Shown here one piece after another: positions 9,184-23,391 of a DNA stretch of 64,000 nucleotides. The position numbers and the translations under genes were made by a program. Under the pieces are notes generated by a model. That model searched no databases and had not been told where the DNA came from. It worked only from the letters and a program-made list of their open reading frames with translations. This DNA comes from an uncultured delta proteobacterium (GTDB lineage: Bacteria > Desulfobacterota > Binatia > JACPRU01). Numbering within the stretch: position 1 is the first letter of the stretch; each line of letters starts with the position of its first letter. Location of the stretch: the NCBI GenBank assembly GCA_963745025.1, contig CAVUWD010000019.1, positions 32,001-96,000 of the forward strand. Direction: 5' to 3'.

Positions 9184-9858
9184 ATGTCCGAAGTGCGCAC
9201 GCCGCTCGACGTTCCCCTGACCCGAGAGCAGATTCAGCAGTTCTACTCGATGGTGGCGCCGGCCTACGACGGCCAGACGGCCCGCTTCGAGGCGGAGCCG
9301 AAGGCGCTGGCGATCGGCAAGCTGGCGCGAAAGCCGGGTGAGAGGCTCCTGGAGGTCGCGGTTGGCACCGGCGGCGGCATGCTGGAGGTGACGCGCGCGA
9401 GCGGGGCGGAAGGCGTCGTGGGCATCGACGTGGCGCCGGGCATGCTCGCCTTCACGCGAAAGCGGCTCGCCGAAGCCGGGATCGGGCCGGTCCCGCTCCT
9501 TCTCGCCGACGCGCGTTACCTGCCGTTCAAGGCAGCGACGTTCGACTGCCTCCTCAACAGCTACATGCTCGACCTCATCCCGAACGCGGACACAAGCAAG
9601 GTGCTGGCCGAGTTCCGCCGCGTCCTGAAGCCGGGCGGCCGGATCGTGCTCGCCAACCTGACGGAGGGAGAAGGCGAAGACGCGGCCTTCTCCGAAGGCT
9701 GGAAGGAGAGGTTCCAGGCGAACCCGCTGCAGGTTGGCGGCTGCCGGCCGGTGCTCATCCGGCCCTTCCTGGAGTCCGAGGGCTTCGTGGACATCGTGCG
9801 CGAGTACCGAGGCGGCCAGAGCTGGCCGACGGAGGTCGTGACGGCGAAAGCGCCTTAG
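9184..9858 (+). CDS. Class I SAM-dependent methyltransferase (UbiE-like)
   Basis: LLEVAVGTG, GIDVAPGML, ADARYLPF, RVLKPGG. Confidence 0.9.
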   Translation: MSEVRTPLDVPLTREQIQQFYSMVAPAYDGQTARFEAEPKALAIGKLARKPGERLLEVAVGTGGGMLEVTRASGAEGVVGIDVAPGMLAFTRKRLAEAGIGPVPLLLADARYLPFKAATFDCLLNSYMLDLIPNADTSKVLAEFRRVLKPGGRIVLANLTEGEGEDAAFSEGWKERFQANPLQVGGCRPVLIRPFLESEGFVDIVREYRGGQSWPTEVVTAKAP

Positions 9859-10005
9859 GTGAGCAGCCGAAGAGGCCGACTTTCGCTCCACACAGAAGCG
9901 CGCCAGAGTCCGCGCAGCCACTGACGGGGTTTGCGCTCTCACTGTCGTTCTGCCCAGCTTCCATACGACCCTGCGGCGAGATCTGGGGTCTTTCGTCGAT
10001 CGTTC

Positions 10006-10270
10006 TCGTCTCGACCGTTGGCGCGGAGGACGTGCACGGGGAGGTCGAGCCGATTCTCCGACTCCACGACGAGGCCACGCGGGCGGCCTCGGGGCTCGCG
10101 CTGGGAGCGTGCGCCACGGATCGCGCCCGTTGGGCGCGCTCAAAGGGGATGCAACATCCTGCCGAGCTAGCGTGACGCGAGGTACTTCTTCCGGCGCACC
10201 CACTCGGAGAGCGCCTGCTCGCTGTCGATGAGCTCCGCACCCTTCCGCCGAAGCGCCTCCAGGGCGCGAG
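10006..10270. repeat. Right copy of the duplicated gene junction (degenerate hypothetical 3' end + intact isochorismatase 3' end)
   Basis: GTGCACGGGGAGGTCGAGCCGATTCTCCGACTCCACGACGAGGCCACGCGG resembles 4813-4863. It carries an extra ~60 bp at ~10104-10165. Confidence 0.85.
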
Positions 10271-10790
10271 CACGGCGGGCATCGGTCGCGGCGGCGACCG
10301 CATTGCGAACCACCTTCACCTTGTAGCCGCGGTTCATCGCGGCTTCGGCGGTGTAGTAAACGGAAGCATCCGCGAAGACGCCGGCGAGCACGAGATGATC
10401 GACCGCGTGCGAACGCAGGAATTGGTCGAGCTCCGGATTGGAGAACGCGTCGGCCCGGTCTTTCCGAAAAACCGGTCCGCTCGGCTGCAGGAGGCGCGAG
10501 TCGAGCTCGCCGCCCGCCGGAGATTCGCTCCGCACGTAGACGAGCTCCACGCCGAGGGACCGGGCGTTCTCGACGAGGGGGTTCGTCGCTGCGAGCATCG
10601 GAGCGACCTGGCTTTGCGCGACGGACAGCCGACCCCGGGGCTCGAGGAATTCCTTCTGCACGTCGACGACGACCAGCGCGACCTGCGGACGGTCGTAGAT
10701 CGGAATGCGTTCCCCAGTGGTGGCTCGCTCGCAGCCGCCGAGCGCGAGGGCCAAGAAGCAGGCGGCGAGGGGAGCTCGCTTCAGTTTCAC
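10167..10790 (-). CDS. Isochorismatase-family (cysteine hydrolase) protein, probable lipoprotein
   Basis: ALVVVDVQKEF, FRKDRADAFSN, LAGVFADASV. Lipobox LGGC. Confidence 0.85.
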   Translation of the reverse strand: MKLKRAPLAACFLALALGGCERATTGERIPIYDRPQVALVVVDVQKEFLEPRGRLSVAQSQVAPMLAATNPLVENARSLGVELVYVRSESPAGGELDSRLLQPSGPVFRKDRADAFSNPELDQFLRSHAVDHLVLAGVFADASVYYTAEAAMNRGYKVKVVRNAVAAATDARRARALEALRRKGAELIDSEQALSEWVRRKKYLASR

Positions 10791-10836
10791 GACGCCATTA
10801 GGTAGGATCCCCGTCAGGCGAGGTCAAACCCGAGAG

Positions 10837-11064
10837 ATGCCTCTGTTCGAGTACGAATGCCGAGGATGCGGCGCCCGCTTCGAGGAGCTGGTCCGTCGCT
10901 CTGAGGTGGTGACGTGCCCATCCTGCCGCGGCGGGAACGTCGTCAAGCTGCTGTCGAGCTTCGCGGTCGGGGGCGGGGCGGGCGAACGTTCGGCTGCCCC
11001 TGCGGAGCCCGGGCCCTGCGGGGCCTGTGGTGCGGCCGTTCGAGGATCCTGCGCGGTCGAGTAG
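10837..11064 (+). CDS. FmdB-family zinc-ribbon protein
   Basis: MPLFEYECRGCGARFE...CPSC...KLLSSF. Confidence 0.88.
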   Translation: MPLFEYECRGCGARFEELVRRSEVVTCPSCRGGNVVKLLSSFAVGGGAGERSAAPAEPGPCGACGAAVRGSCAVE

Positions 11065-11080
11065 GGCACACGTGGCGCGG

Positions 11081-12169
11081 ATGCGCCTCGGCATCGACGT
11101 CCGCAAGCTGGGTGACGGCGGCATCGGAGAGTACATCCGGGAGACGCTGATCGCGGAGCGCGAGGCTCGTCCGGACCTGGAAATCATCGCCTTCGGGTCA
11201 CCCGGCGCGCATGCGCTCCTGCCGCTCGATCGGATCGAGTGGGTTCCGGTCGCGGCAGGAAAGTACTCGATCGCAGAGCATTTCACGCTGCCGGCCGCAA
11301 CCCGTGGTCGAGCGATCGATGTCTTCCATGCCCCTCACTACGTTTTGCCGTTGGCGCTACCGATCCCCGCCGTCGTAACCGTGCACGACCTCATCCACGT
11401 GCTCTTTCCTCGCTCGCCGCTCCACCGCCTCTACGCGCGCTTCATGATCGGCTCGGCATGTCGCCGCGCCCGACGAATCATCACCGTCTCGGAAGCCACG
11501 GCGCGCGATCTTCGCGAGCGGCTCGGGGTCCCGCGGGAGAAGATCCGTGTCGTCTGGAACGGCGTGGCGCCGCGATTTCGGCCGCTGCCGCCGACGGAGA
11601 CCGACCGAGCGCTCGACTCGCTCCGCCTCGAACGGCCGTATGTGCTCTTCGTCGGCAACTGCCTGCCGCACAAGAACGTCGACACGCTCGTTCGCGCTTG
11701 GGATCGCTTGCCCGAACCGCGCCCGGCGCTCGTCCTGTGCGGCGGCGGCTTCGACCGGTCGCACGCCGTCCGTGCGGCGATCGCCGCTGCCCGCGGCGGC
11801 GAACGCGTTCGCATGATCGACCGAATCGATCGTGACGGACTCGTCGCCCTTTACAACGGCGCGGAGCTCCTTGCCACGACGTCGCTCTACGAGGGATTCT
11901 GCTTGCCGGTCGTCGAGGCGTTCGCCTGCGGTACACCGGTCCTCGCAGCCGGCGACGGCGCTCTGCCGGAGATCGCCGGCGATGCGGCGATCCGGGTCTC
12001 GCCGCATCGCGTTGACACGATCGCCTCCGAAATGTATCGGCTGCTGACCGATCGGGAGCTTCGCAAGGGGCTCGTGGAGAGGGGCAAGGAGCAGGCGGCG
12101 CGCTTTTCCTGGGCGGAGGCGGCCAAGAAGACCCTCTCGGTGTACGAGGAGGTTCGAGCGGACCCTTGA
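11081..12169 (+). CDS. Glycosyltransferase family 4
   Basis: VTVHDL, PHKN, SLYEGFCLPVVEAFACGTPV. Confidence 0.92.
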   Translation: MRLGIDVRKLGDGGIGEYIRETLIAEREARPDLEIIAFGSPGAHALLPLDRIEWVPVAAGKYSIAEHFTLPAATRGRAIDVFHAPHYVLPLALPIPAVVTVHDLIHVLFPRSPLHRLYARFMIGSACRRARRIITVSEATARDLRERLGVPREKIRVVWNGVAPRFRPLPPTETDRALDSLRLERPYVLFVGNCLPHKNVDTLVRAWDRLPEPRPALVLCGGGFDRSHAVRAAIAAARGGERVRMIDRIDRDGLVALYNGAELLATTSLYEGFCLPVVEAFACGTPVLAAGDGALPEIAGDAAIRVSPHRVDTIASEMYRLLTDRELRKGLVERGKEQAARFSWAEAAKKTLSVYEEVRADP

Positions 12170-13278
12170 AGATAGCCCTGGTTCACGACTGGCTTACGGG
12201 GATGCGGGGTGGAGAGAAGTGTCTGGAAGCCGCCTGCGAGCTCTTTCCCGACGCCGACATCTTCACTCTGCTCCATCGCAAGGGAACGGTCAGCGCGGCG
12301 ATCGAGCGCCACCGCATCATCACCTCCTTCCTGCAGAGGGTTCCCGAAGTTCACCGCTACTATCGCTACCTCCTGCCGCTCTACCCGACCGCGATCGAAC
12401 GCTTCGATCTTTCCGGCTACGATCTCGTGCTCAGCATGAGCCATGCGGTCGCCAAGGGTGCGATTCCGCCACCCGGGGCGGAGCACGCGTGTTATTGCTT
12501 CTCGCCGATGCGCTACGTCTGGGACCTCTACGACGACTATTTCGGTAGGACGCCGAGGCCGATCGAGTTTTTCATCTCCTTCACGGCCTCGCGGCTACGC
12601 ACCTGGGACGTCTGCGCCACGGCGCGCGTCGATCGTATCGCGGCGATCTCTCGCCACGTCGAGCGGAGGGTGGCACGCTACTACCGGCGCGAGGCGACCG
12701 TCATCTATCCCCCCGTGGAAGACGCCTATTTCGAGGAACGCTTGCCGAGTCAGAAGGGCGACTACTTCCTGATCGTCTCCTCGCTCGTTCCCTACAAGCG
12801 GCTCGACGTCGCCCTCGATGCCTTCCGTCGCTCGGGCGATCCGCTCTGGATCGTCGGCAGCGGGCCGGAAGAGCGGCGGCTGAAGGCGCTGGCACCGCCG
12901 GCCGCGCGCTTTCTCGGATGGCAACCGGCCGAGCGCCTCCCCGACCTCTACCGCAACTCCCGGGCGCTCGTCTTTCCGGGCATCGAAGATTTCGGCATCG
13001 CTCCTCTCGAATGCCAGGCGATGGGGCGGCCGGTCATCGCGCTCGGCGCCGGCGGACTCTGCGAGACCGTGCGTCCGGTCGGCAACGGCGCCGAACCGAC
13101 CGGAGTTCTCTACCGCAACCCGGCGGCCGACGGGCTCCTCGAGGGGCTCGAGACGTTCCGTAGACACGAGGCGGACTTCTCCCCCGAGCGGCTACGGCGC
13201 CACGCCGCCGCCTTCCGACGAGAACGATTCCTCGATGAGCTGCGCGGCTTCGCCGCCCCGGGGATACGCGCTTGCTGA
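12166..13278 (+). CDS. Glycosyltransferase family 4
   Basis: ALVHDWLTGMRGGEK, PYKR, EDFGIAPLE. Confidence 0.92.
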   Translation: MKIALVHDWLTGMRGGEKCLEAACELFPDADIFTLLHRKGTVSAAIERHRIITSFLQRVPEVHRYYRYLLPLYPTAIERFDLSGYDLVLSMSHAVAKGAIPPPGAEHACYCFSPMRYVWDLYDDYFGRTPRPIEFFISFTASRLRTWDVCATARVDRIAAISRHVERRVARYYRREATVIYPPVEDAYFEERLPSQKGDYFLIVSSLVPYKRLDVALDAFRRSGDPLWIVGSGPEERRLKALAPPAARFLGWQPAERLPDLYRNSRALVFPGIEDFGIAPLECQAMGRPVIALGAGGLCETVRPVGNGAEPTGVLYRNPAADGLLEGLETFRRHEADFSPERLRRHAAAFRRERFLDELRGFAAPGIRAC

Positions 13279-14681
13279 AACAGCATCATCAGGTCTTCCA
13301 GGGCCTCTTCTTCTTTGCCGACATGCTGGTCGTGTCGGCCGCCTGGGTGCTCGCCTACTACCTGCGTTTCGAATGGGGACCGATCCCCGCGCCGAAGGGC
13401 ACGCCACCCATGGCGAACTACCTACCGATGGCGCTCTTCGTGTGGGTCATCTGGGGTGTGACGCTTCGCTTGTTCGGCCTCTACCACGTGACCCGCGGCA
13501 CGCAGGCGATTCACGAGGCGATCCGCGTTGCGCAAGCCTCCACGCTCTCCGTTCTGGTCTTCATGTCGGTGGCGTTTCTCTTCTGGGAGAAGGACTACTC
13601 GTTCTCGCGCGGCGTCTTCTTCTACTTCTGGGTGCTGGCGGTCGTGATGCTGGTCGCCGAGCGGCTGCTGCTCCGTGAGGTCCTCGGTCTGTTCCGCGCG
13701 CGCGGCTACAACCAGCGCCACGTGCTCATCATCGGCTCGGGAGATCTCGCGCAGAGCGTGGCGCGGAAGATCGCCGAGCACCCGGGGCTCGGTTTCACGA
13801 TTCGCGGATTTCTCGCCGAGCGTGCGGAGGAGATCGGCCGGGAGATCGACGGTGCGCGGGTGATCGGCTCCTACGCCGACGTGCAGGCGATCCTCGAGCA
13901 GAACGGCATCGATCAGGTGCTGATCGCGCTGCCGCTCGACTCGATCGGGTATCTCGAAGAGATCCTCAAGCGGATCGGTCCGTCGATGGTCGACATCAAG
14001 GTGATTCCCGACATCTACAAGTTCATCAGCCTGCGCGGCGGCATCGAAGACTTCGACGGCATGCCGGTGATCAGCCTGCTCGACACGCCGCTCCGCGGCT
14101 GGAACGACGTGCTGAAGCGCTGCGTCGACGTCGTGCTCGCGGCGACCCTGATCGCGCTGATGTCGCCGCTCTTCGTGCTGATCGCCGTCGCCATCAAGCT
14201 CGCCTCGCGAGGCCCGGTCTTCTACCGCCAGGAGCGAATGAGCCTCGACGGGCGCACTTTTCTCGTCTGGAAGTTCCGCACCATGACGGTCGATGCCGAA
14301 GCGGAGACCGGCGCGGTGTGGGCTTCGCCGGTCGATCCGAGGCGCACGACGCTCGGAAAATGGCTGCGGCGCACGAGCCTCGACGAGCTGCCCCAGCTCT
14401 TCAACGTCCTGCGCGGTGAGATGAGCCTGGTGGGGCCGCGACCGGAGCGGCCGGTCTTCATCGCGCAGTTCCGGCAGAAGATCCCGAACTACATGCTGCG
14501 ACACAAGGTGCGCGCCGGGATGACCGGCTGGGCTCAGGTGCACGGGCTGCGCGGCAACACCTCGGTCGAGCAGCGCATCCGCTACGACCTCTATTACATC
14601 GAAAACTGGTCGCTGTTGCTCGACTTCAAGATCTTGCTGCTGACGTTGTTCCGGGGATTCAACAATCCGAATGCGTATTAG
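13272..14681 (+). CDS. Undecaprenyl-phosphate glucose phosphotransferase (WcaJ-like)
   Basis: N-terminal TMs, KFRTM, SLDELPQLFNVLRGEMSLVGPRPE, GMTGWAQV. Confidence 0.93.
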   Translation: MLKQHHQVFQGLFFFADMLVVSAAWVLAYYLRFEWGPIPAPKGTPPMANYLPMALFVWVIWGVTLRLFGLYHVTRGTQAIHEAIRVAQASTLSVLVFMSVAFLFWEKDYSFSRGVFFYFWVLAVVMLVAERLLLREVLGLFRARGYNQRHVLIIGSGDLAQSVARKIAEHPGLGFTIRGFLAERAEEIGREIDGARVIGSYADVQAILEQNGIDQVLIALPLDSIGYLEEILKRIGPSMVDIKVIPDIYKFISLRGGIEDFDGMPVISLLDTPLRGWNDVLKRCVDVVLAATLIALMSPLFVLIAVAIKLASRGPVFYRQERMSLDGRTFLVWKFRTMTVDAEAETGAVWASPVDPRRTTLGKWLRRTSLDELPQLFNVLRGEMSLVGPRPERPVFIAQFRQKIPNYMLRHKVRAGMTGWAQVHGLRGNTSVEQRIRYDLYYIENWSLLLDFKILLLTLFRGFNNPNAY

Positions 14682-14683
14682 AA

Positions 14684-14747
14684 GCCGGCTTCCGGACATT
14701 GGCGGAGCGAGTCTTTTGCGGTAGCCGGTAGTCGGAAGTCGGTAGCC
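14684..14747. repeat. Heptamer-arm hairpin element
   Basis: GAGTCTTTTGC followed by GGTAGCC/GGAAGTC heptamers. Confidence 0.7.
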
Positions 14748-14761
14748 TCCAGGAGCCATTC

Positions 14762-16091
14762 ATGAAGGTCTGCGTCGTCGGAACCGGCTACGTCGGCCTC
14801 GTCGCCGGCACCTGCTTCGCCGAGAGCGGCAACGACGTCATCTGCGTCGACAACGACGCAGCGAAGATCGGCGCTCTTGCGGGAAGGCAAGTCTCCGATC
14901 TACGAGCCGGCCTCGAGGAGCTGATCCGGCGCAACGTCGACGGAAGGGCGGCTCGTCGTTCAGCACCGACCTTGCCGCGGCGGTCGCAGAAGCGCTCGTC
15001 TGCTTCATCGCCGTCGGCACGCCGCGAGCGAGCGACGGCGCCGCCGATCTCGCCGCCGTGCTCGGCGTGGCGCGCGAGATCGGGCGGGCGATGGACGGCT
15101 ACCGCGATCGTGGTCACCAAGAGCACGGTGCCGGTCGGCACCGCGGACCGGGTGCGCGCAGGCCGTCGGCGCCGTCACGGCGCACCCGTTCGACGTGGTC
15201 TCGAACCCCGAGTTCCTGAAGGAAGGCGCGGCGATCGACGACTTCATGAAGCCCGACCGCGTCGTGATCGGCACCGAGCGCCGAACGCGATCGAGATCAT
15301 GCGGGAGCTCTACGAGCCGTTCGTGCGCACCGGGAACCCGATCCTCGTCATGGACAACCGCGAGCGCCGAGATGACGAAGTACGCCGCCAATGCGCTTCT
15401 CGCGACGCGCATCTCGTTCATGAACGAGATCGCGAACCTGTGCGAGCGCGTCGGCGCCGACGTCGATCAGGTGCGCCGCGGCATCGGCTCCGACCGCCGC
15501 ATCGGCCAGCACTTCCTCTTCCCCGGCGTCGGCTACGGCGGCTCGTGCTTCCCGAAGGACGTGCAGGCGATGATCCACACGGCGCGACGAGCACGGCATC
15601 GAGTTCCCGCTGCTGCAGCGCGGTCGAGGACGTGAACGACGCGCAGAAGCGACGGCTCGTCGACAAGGTGATGGCCGAGCTTCGGCGAGAGCCTACGGGG
15701 CAAGACGTTCGCGATCTGGGGGCTCTCGTTCAAGCCACGCACCGACGACATGCGCGAGGCGCCGTCGCTCACGATCGTCGAGGGCCTTCTCGACGCGCGG
15801 CGCGACGGTGCGCGTCCACGATCCCGAGGCGCTGGGCGAGGCGCGGACGCTCTTCGGCGAGCGCGTGAGCTATCATCGCGATCAACTACGACGCGCTCGA
15901 GGGCGCCGACGCGCTGCTCATCGTCACCGAGTGGAACGAGTTCCGGCGGCCCGACTTCGCGCGCATGAAGCGGCTCCTGCAGGGCGCCCGTCATCTTCGA
16001 CGGCCGCAACCTCTACGAGCCCGAGGTCATGCGCGAGCACGGCTTCACCTACCTCCCGATCGGCCGCGCGCCGGTGCGTGCGGCGAGGTAG
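14762..16091 (+). CDS. ugd: UDP-glucose 6-dehydrogenase (several apparent frameshifts)
   Basis: [50 protein letters not shown] spread across frames. Confidence 0.9.
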
Positions 16092-16100
16092 GCCGGACCG

Positions 16101-17041
<941 letters not shown>

Positions 17042-17057
17042 TGGGGATGGCTTCACC

Positions 17058-19871
<2,814 letters not shown>

Positions 19872-20281
19872 AACGGTAGCGCCGGTACAGACGGCACTCG
19901 TGACCAACGGGAACGATGAGTGGGAGGCGCAAAGCGCCTTTCTTGGCGATGTTGAAGGTGGAGAGCTGAAACGGTAGCGCCGGTACGGACGGTACTCGTG
20001 ACCAACGGGAACGATGAGTGGGAGGCGAAAGCGCCATTCTTGGCAATTTTGAAAGTCGAGAGCTGAGACGGGAGCAACCATGCGATCGGCACCTCGCGAT
20101 CAACGGGAGCCACGGGAGGCATTCCCGGCCATGCGCAAGGTGGACAGCTGAGCCAGGGGACGTTGCGGCATTATCGGAATCGTTGACGGCGAAGATTCGC
20201 TGGCGCTCTCGACGATTCCGATAGCCCCACAAAGTCCCCTTACGCCTCCGGCGTGAATCGTTTAAGATTCCCCTCATCGCC

Positions 20282-20965
20282 ATGCCCCCCGAATCCCAGC
20301 GCGCCGTCTTCGCCCCGGAGACGAACCGCGGCCCGGCGGCCGGCGCGAGCGCGCCTCCGCGGGGGCGGAAGTCCGTCATCCGCGAATATGGCGAAGCGCT
20401 CGCGGTCGCGCTGCTGCTCGCGCTTTTCATCCGCAGCTTCGTGGTACAGGCGTTCAAGATCCCCTCGGGCTCGATGATCCCGACGTTGCTGATCGGCGAT
20501 CACATCCTGGTGAACAAGTTCGTGTACGGCGTTCGGCTACCCTACTTCGGCACCGATATCGTGCCGATCGGCAAGCCCCGGCGCGGAGACGTGGTCGTCT
20601 TCATCTACCCGCAGGACGAGGACAAGGACTTCATCAAGCGGGTGGTGGGTGTCGAGGGCGACACCATCGAAGTGCGCGACAAGCGACTCTACGTCAACGG
20701 CGAGACGGTCGCCGATCCGCACGCGCACTTCGCCGAGGGCGAGGAGGGCCGGGCGGTCGCGCCGCGCGACAACTACGGGCCCTTCAAGGTGCCGCCGGGC
20801 TACATCTTCGTGATGGGCGACAATCGCGACCGAAGCTACGACAGCCGCTTCTGGGGGCCGGTGGCGCTCGACAAGGTCAAGGGCAAGGCCTTCCTGATCT
20901 ACTGGTCGTGGGACGGTGGAGGTCGCTGGGCTCGCTGGGAACGAATCGGCGAGTTGATCTACTGA
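20282..20965 (+). CDS. lepB: Signal peptidase I
   Basis: IPSGSMIPTL, FIKRVVG, MGDNRDRSYDSRFWG. Follows lepA. Confidence 0.95.
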   Translation: MPPESQRAVFAPETNRGPAAGASAPPRGRKSVIREYGEALAVALLLALFIRSFVVQAFKIPSGSMIPTLLIGDHILVNKFVYGVRLPYFGTDIVPIGKPRRGDVVVFIYPQDEDKDFIKRVVGVEGDTIEVRDKRLYVNGETVADPHAHFAEGEEGRAVAPRDNYGPFKVPPGYIFVMGDNRDRSYDSRFWGPVALDKVKGKAFLIYWSWDGGGRWARWERIGELIY

Positions 20966-21106
20966 AACGAACGAGCACACTACGCGAATGAGCGCTTGAC
21001 CGAGGCGCCGGCCGAACGATGCGGTCGACGAAGCCGATGCGAAGCGCTTCGACAGGATGTAGCTGGCTTGTCGAGCGTACTCACTTGTGGTCGAAACCTC
21101 AGAGTC

Positions 21107-22675
21107 ATGAGTAGACGGCTCGTGCTCTCGACGGTTTTCGCTCTAGCCGCCCTGCAGCTTTCCGCGCACGCCGCGTCCGTCGCCAAGGACACGGGCCAGG
21201 TGCTCGTCTCGCCGCCCGGATACACGCTGATCCACCGGATGCCGGCGCCGGATTTCAAGCCGACGGCAGTTTATCTTTGGCTCGACGTGCTGCTCGAAGC
21301 GTCGGGCCGCGACGCGGACCGCAACAGTCCCCGCCCAACGATCCTATCGCGTACCATGGCGATCGTCCTGACCTCGATGTACGACGCGTGGGCGGCATAC
21401 GACGACGTCGCCGTCGGCACCCGCCTGGGTGACCGCCTGCGCCGGCCGCCTGCCGAGCGCTCGCAGGCCGCCAAAGAAGAGGCGATCGCCTATGCGGCGT
21501 ATCGTTCGCTGCTGTTCGTGTATCCGGAAGACGCGGCATGGATTCGCGATCAGTTCCGCAGACGAGGCTTCGATCCCGACGACGCCTCAACCGACGTAGC
21601 GACGCCGGAGGGTATCGGCAATACCGCCGCCAACGCCATCATCGAATACCGCCGCCACGACGGTGCCAATCAGACGGGCGACGAGCCGGGCGGCAACGGC
21701 AAGCCGTACGCGGATTACACCGGCTACGCGCCGAAGAACACGCCCGGCCACGTCGTGGACCCGATCCGTTGGATGCCGATCCCATTCTCCGACGGAAACG
21801 GGGGCACCGTTTCGCCCGGGTTCCTCACGCCGCAGTGGGGCAGGGTGAGGCCGTTCGCGCTCGAGCACCCGGACCAGTTCCGTCCCCCCGAGCCGCCGAA
21901 ATGGGGTTCCGAGACCCTGAACCGCGACATCGAGGAAGTCGTGCGTGTCAACGCCGATCTCACGCTCGAGCAGAAGACGGTCGTCGAGTTCATGCGCGAG
22001 GGTCCGCACTCCACTGGGCAGTCCGGCCACTGGCTGCAGTTCGCCGAGGACGTATCGCGTCGCGACCACCACACGCTCGATCAGGACGTGAAGCTGTTTT
22101 TCGCCGTGAGCAGCGTGGTCGCGGACGCGTTCATTGCCTGTTGGGAGGCCAAGCGCTACTACGACACGAGCCGTCCGTACTGGTGGGCGCGCATGTACTA
22201 CAAGGGGAAGCAGATCGATGGCTGGGCGGGGCCGGGCAAAGGTGTGGTGCGGATGGTCGGAGAAAACTGGCGGCCGTACTCGCCGGACGTTTTTCTGACG
22301 CCGCCCTTTCCCGGATACACATCGGGTCACGCGACCGCTAGCGGGGCCGCTTCGCGAATCCTCGAACTCTTTACCGGCAGCGACCGCTATGGCGCCGTGG
22401 CAATCCAGCAAGCGGGCTACATGACCGAGCCAGACGTCGCGACTGCGCAGATGCAGGCGCGCAATGGCCGACCGGCGATCGATGTGCCCGCCTCCAAGGA
22501 AGTGCGTCTGTCGCTGCCGACCTTCACCGCTACCGCCGAGATGGCGGCCATCTCGCGGATGTGGGGCGGCTATCACGTCCGCACCGACAATGAGGAGGGC
22601 CTGATTCTCGGGCGGCGCATCGCGGCATACTGCTGGCCGAAGTACCAGGCCTACTTCAACGGCACGGCGCGGTAA
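21107..22675 (+). CDS. Secreted vanadium-dependent haloperoxidase / PAP2-superfamily protein
   Basis: Signal peptide, AKRYYDTSRP (Kx6RP), PFPGYTSGH, SRMWGGYH. Confidence 0.85.
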   Translation: MSRRLVLSTVFALAALQLSAHAASVAKDTGQVLVSPPGYTLIHRMPAPDFKPTAVYLWLDVLLEASGRDADRNSPRPTILSRTMAIVLTSMYDAWAAYDDVAVGTRLGDRLRRPPAERSQAAKEEAIAYAAYRSLLFVYPEDAAWIRDQFRRRGFDPDDASTDVATPEGIGNTAANAIIEYRRHDGANQTGDEPGGNGKPYADYTGYAPKNTPGHVVDPIRWMPIPFSDGNGGTVSPGFLTPQWGRVRPFALEHPDQFRPPEPPKWGSETLNRDIEEVVRVNADLTLEQKTVVEFMREGPHSTGQSGHWLQFAEDVSRRDHHTLDQDVKLFFAVSSVVADAFIACWEAKRYYDTSRPYWWARMYYKGKQIDGWAGPGKGVVRMVGENWRPYSPDVFLTPPFPGYTSGHATASGAASRILELFTGSDRYGAVAIQQAGYMTEPDVATAQMQARNGRPAIDVPASKEVRLSLPTFTATAEMAAISRMWGGYHVRTDNEEGLILGRRIAAYCWPKYQAYFNGTAR

Positions 22676-22859
22676 CGGGTTGACGAGCCCTCGGAGCCGC
22701 GCGAGTCGCCAGATACGGCCCCGCGATCCATTCGGCGCTCGCGAACGCGGCCGAGCCGGGTGCAGGGTGGGCGAGCGGTTGCCCGCTCGGCCGGCGCCCA
22801 TCCGCACTTGACTCCATCTCGGGCGAACCGCCACGCTGCTCCGGCAGGAGGGATCCCGA

Positions 22860-23291
22860 ATGACGCTCCGGTTTCCAAGCAGGATCATCATCGGCTGGAT
22901 GGGGATCGCCGCGGCGTTGATCGTCGCGCCCACGGCCGGCGCCTATCTCTCCTCGACCTGGTACGAGGACGCGAGCGGCTACGAAGAAGCGGTGCGCCAG
23001 CAGAAGGTCTTGCACGCGCCGATGCTCGTCTACTTCCGCACCGACTGGTGCCCGCACTGTCGCGCCTTCGATCAGCTGGTCGAGGACCAGAAGGTGCGTT
23101 CGCAGCTTCGCCCGTACATCAAGGTGCGCGTCAATCCCGAGCACGGCAAGGCCGAGAGGGAGCTCTTCGAGGAGCGCTTCGGCGCCGAGGGCTATCCGGC
23201 GCTCTTTTTCCAGGACTCGGAGACGGCTTCGCCCTCGCGCATCTCCGCCAAAGGGCCGGCGGATCGGTTCGTGGCGCAGTTTGCGCGCTGA
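22860..23291 (+). CDS. Exported thioredoxin-family protein
   Basis: Signal peptide, WCPHC, GYP. Confidence 0.88.
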   Translation: MTLRFPSRIIIGWMGIAAALIVAPTAGAYLSSTWYEDASGYEEAVRQQKVLHAPMLVYFRTDWCPHCRAFDQLVEDQKVRSQLRPYIKVRVNPEHGKAERELFEERFGAEGYPALFFQDSETASPSRISAKGPADRFVAQFAR

Positions 23292-23296
23292 AGGAG

Positions 23297-23364
23297 GGCT
23301 GCCGGCTGCCGACGACCGGCGACCCCGAAAGACGCGACAGCTCCTTTGCGGAAGCTGGCAGCCG
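23297..23364. repeat. Heptamer-arm hairpin element
   Basis: GGCTGCC GGCTGCC...GAAAGAC...GGAAGCT GGCAGCC. Confidence 0.6.
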
Positions 23365-23391
23365 TCTTTTCTTGCGTCTCTTTCTTCCGCA

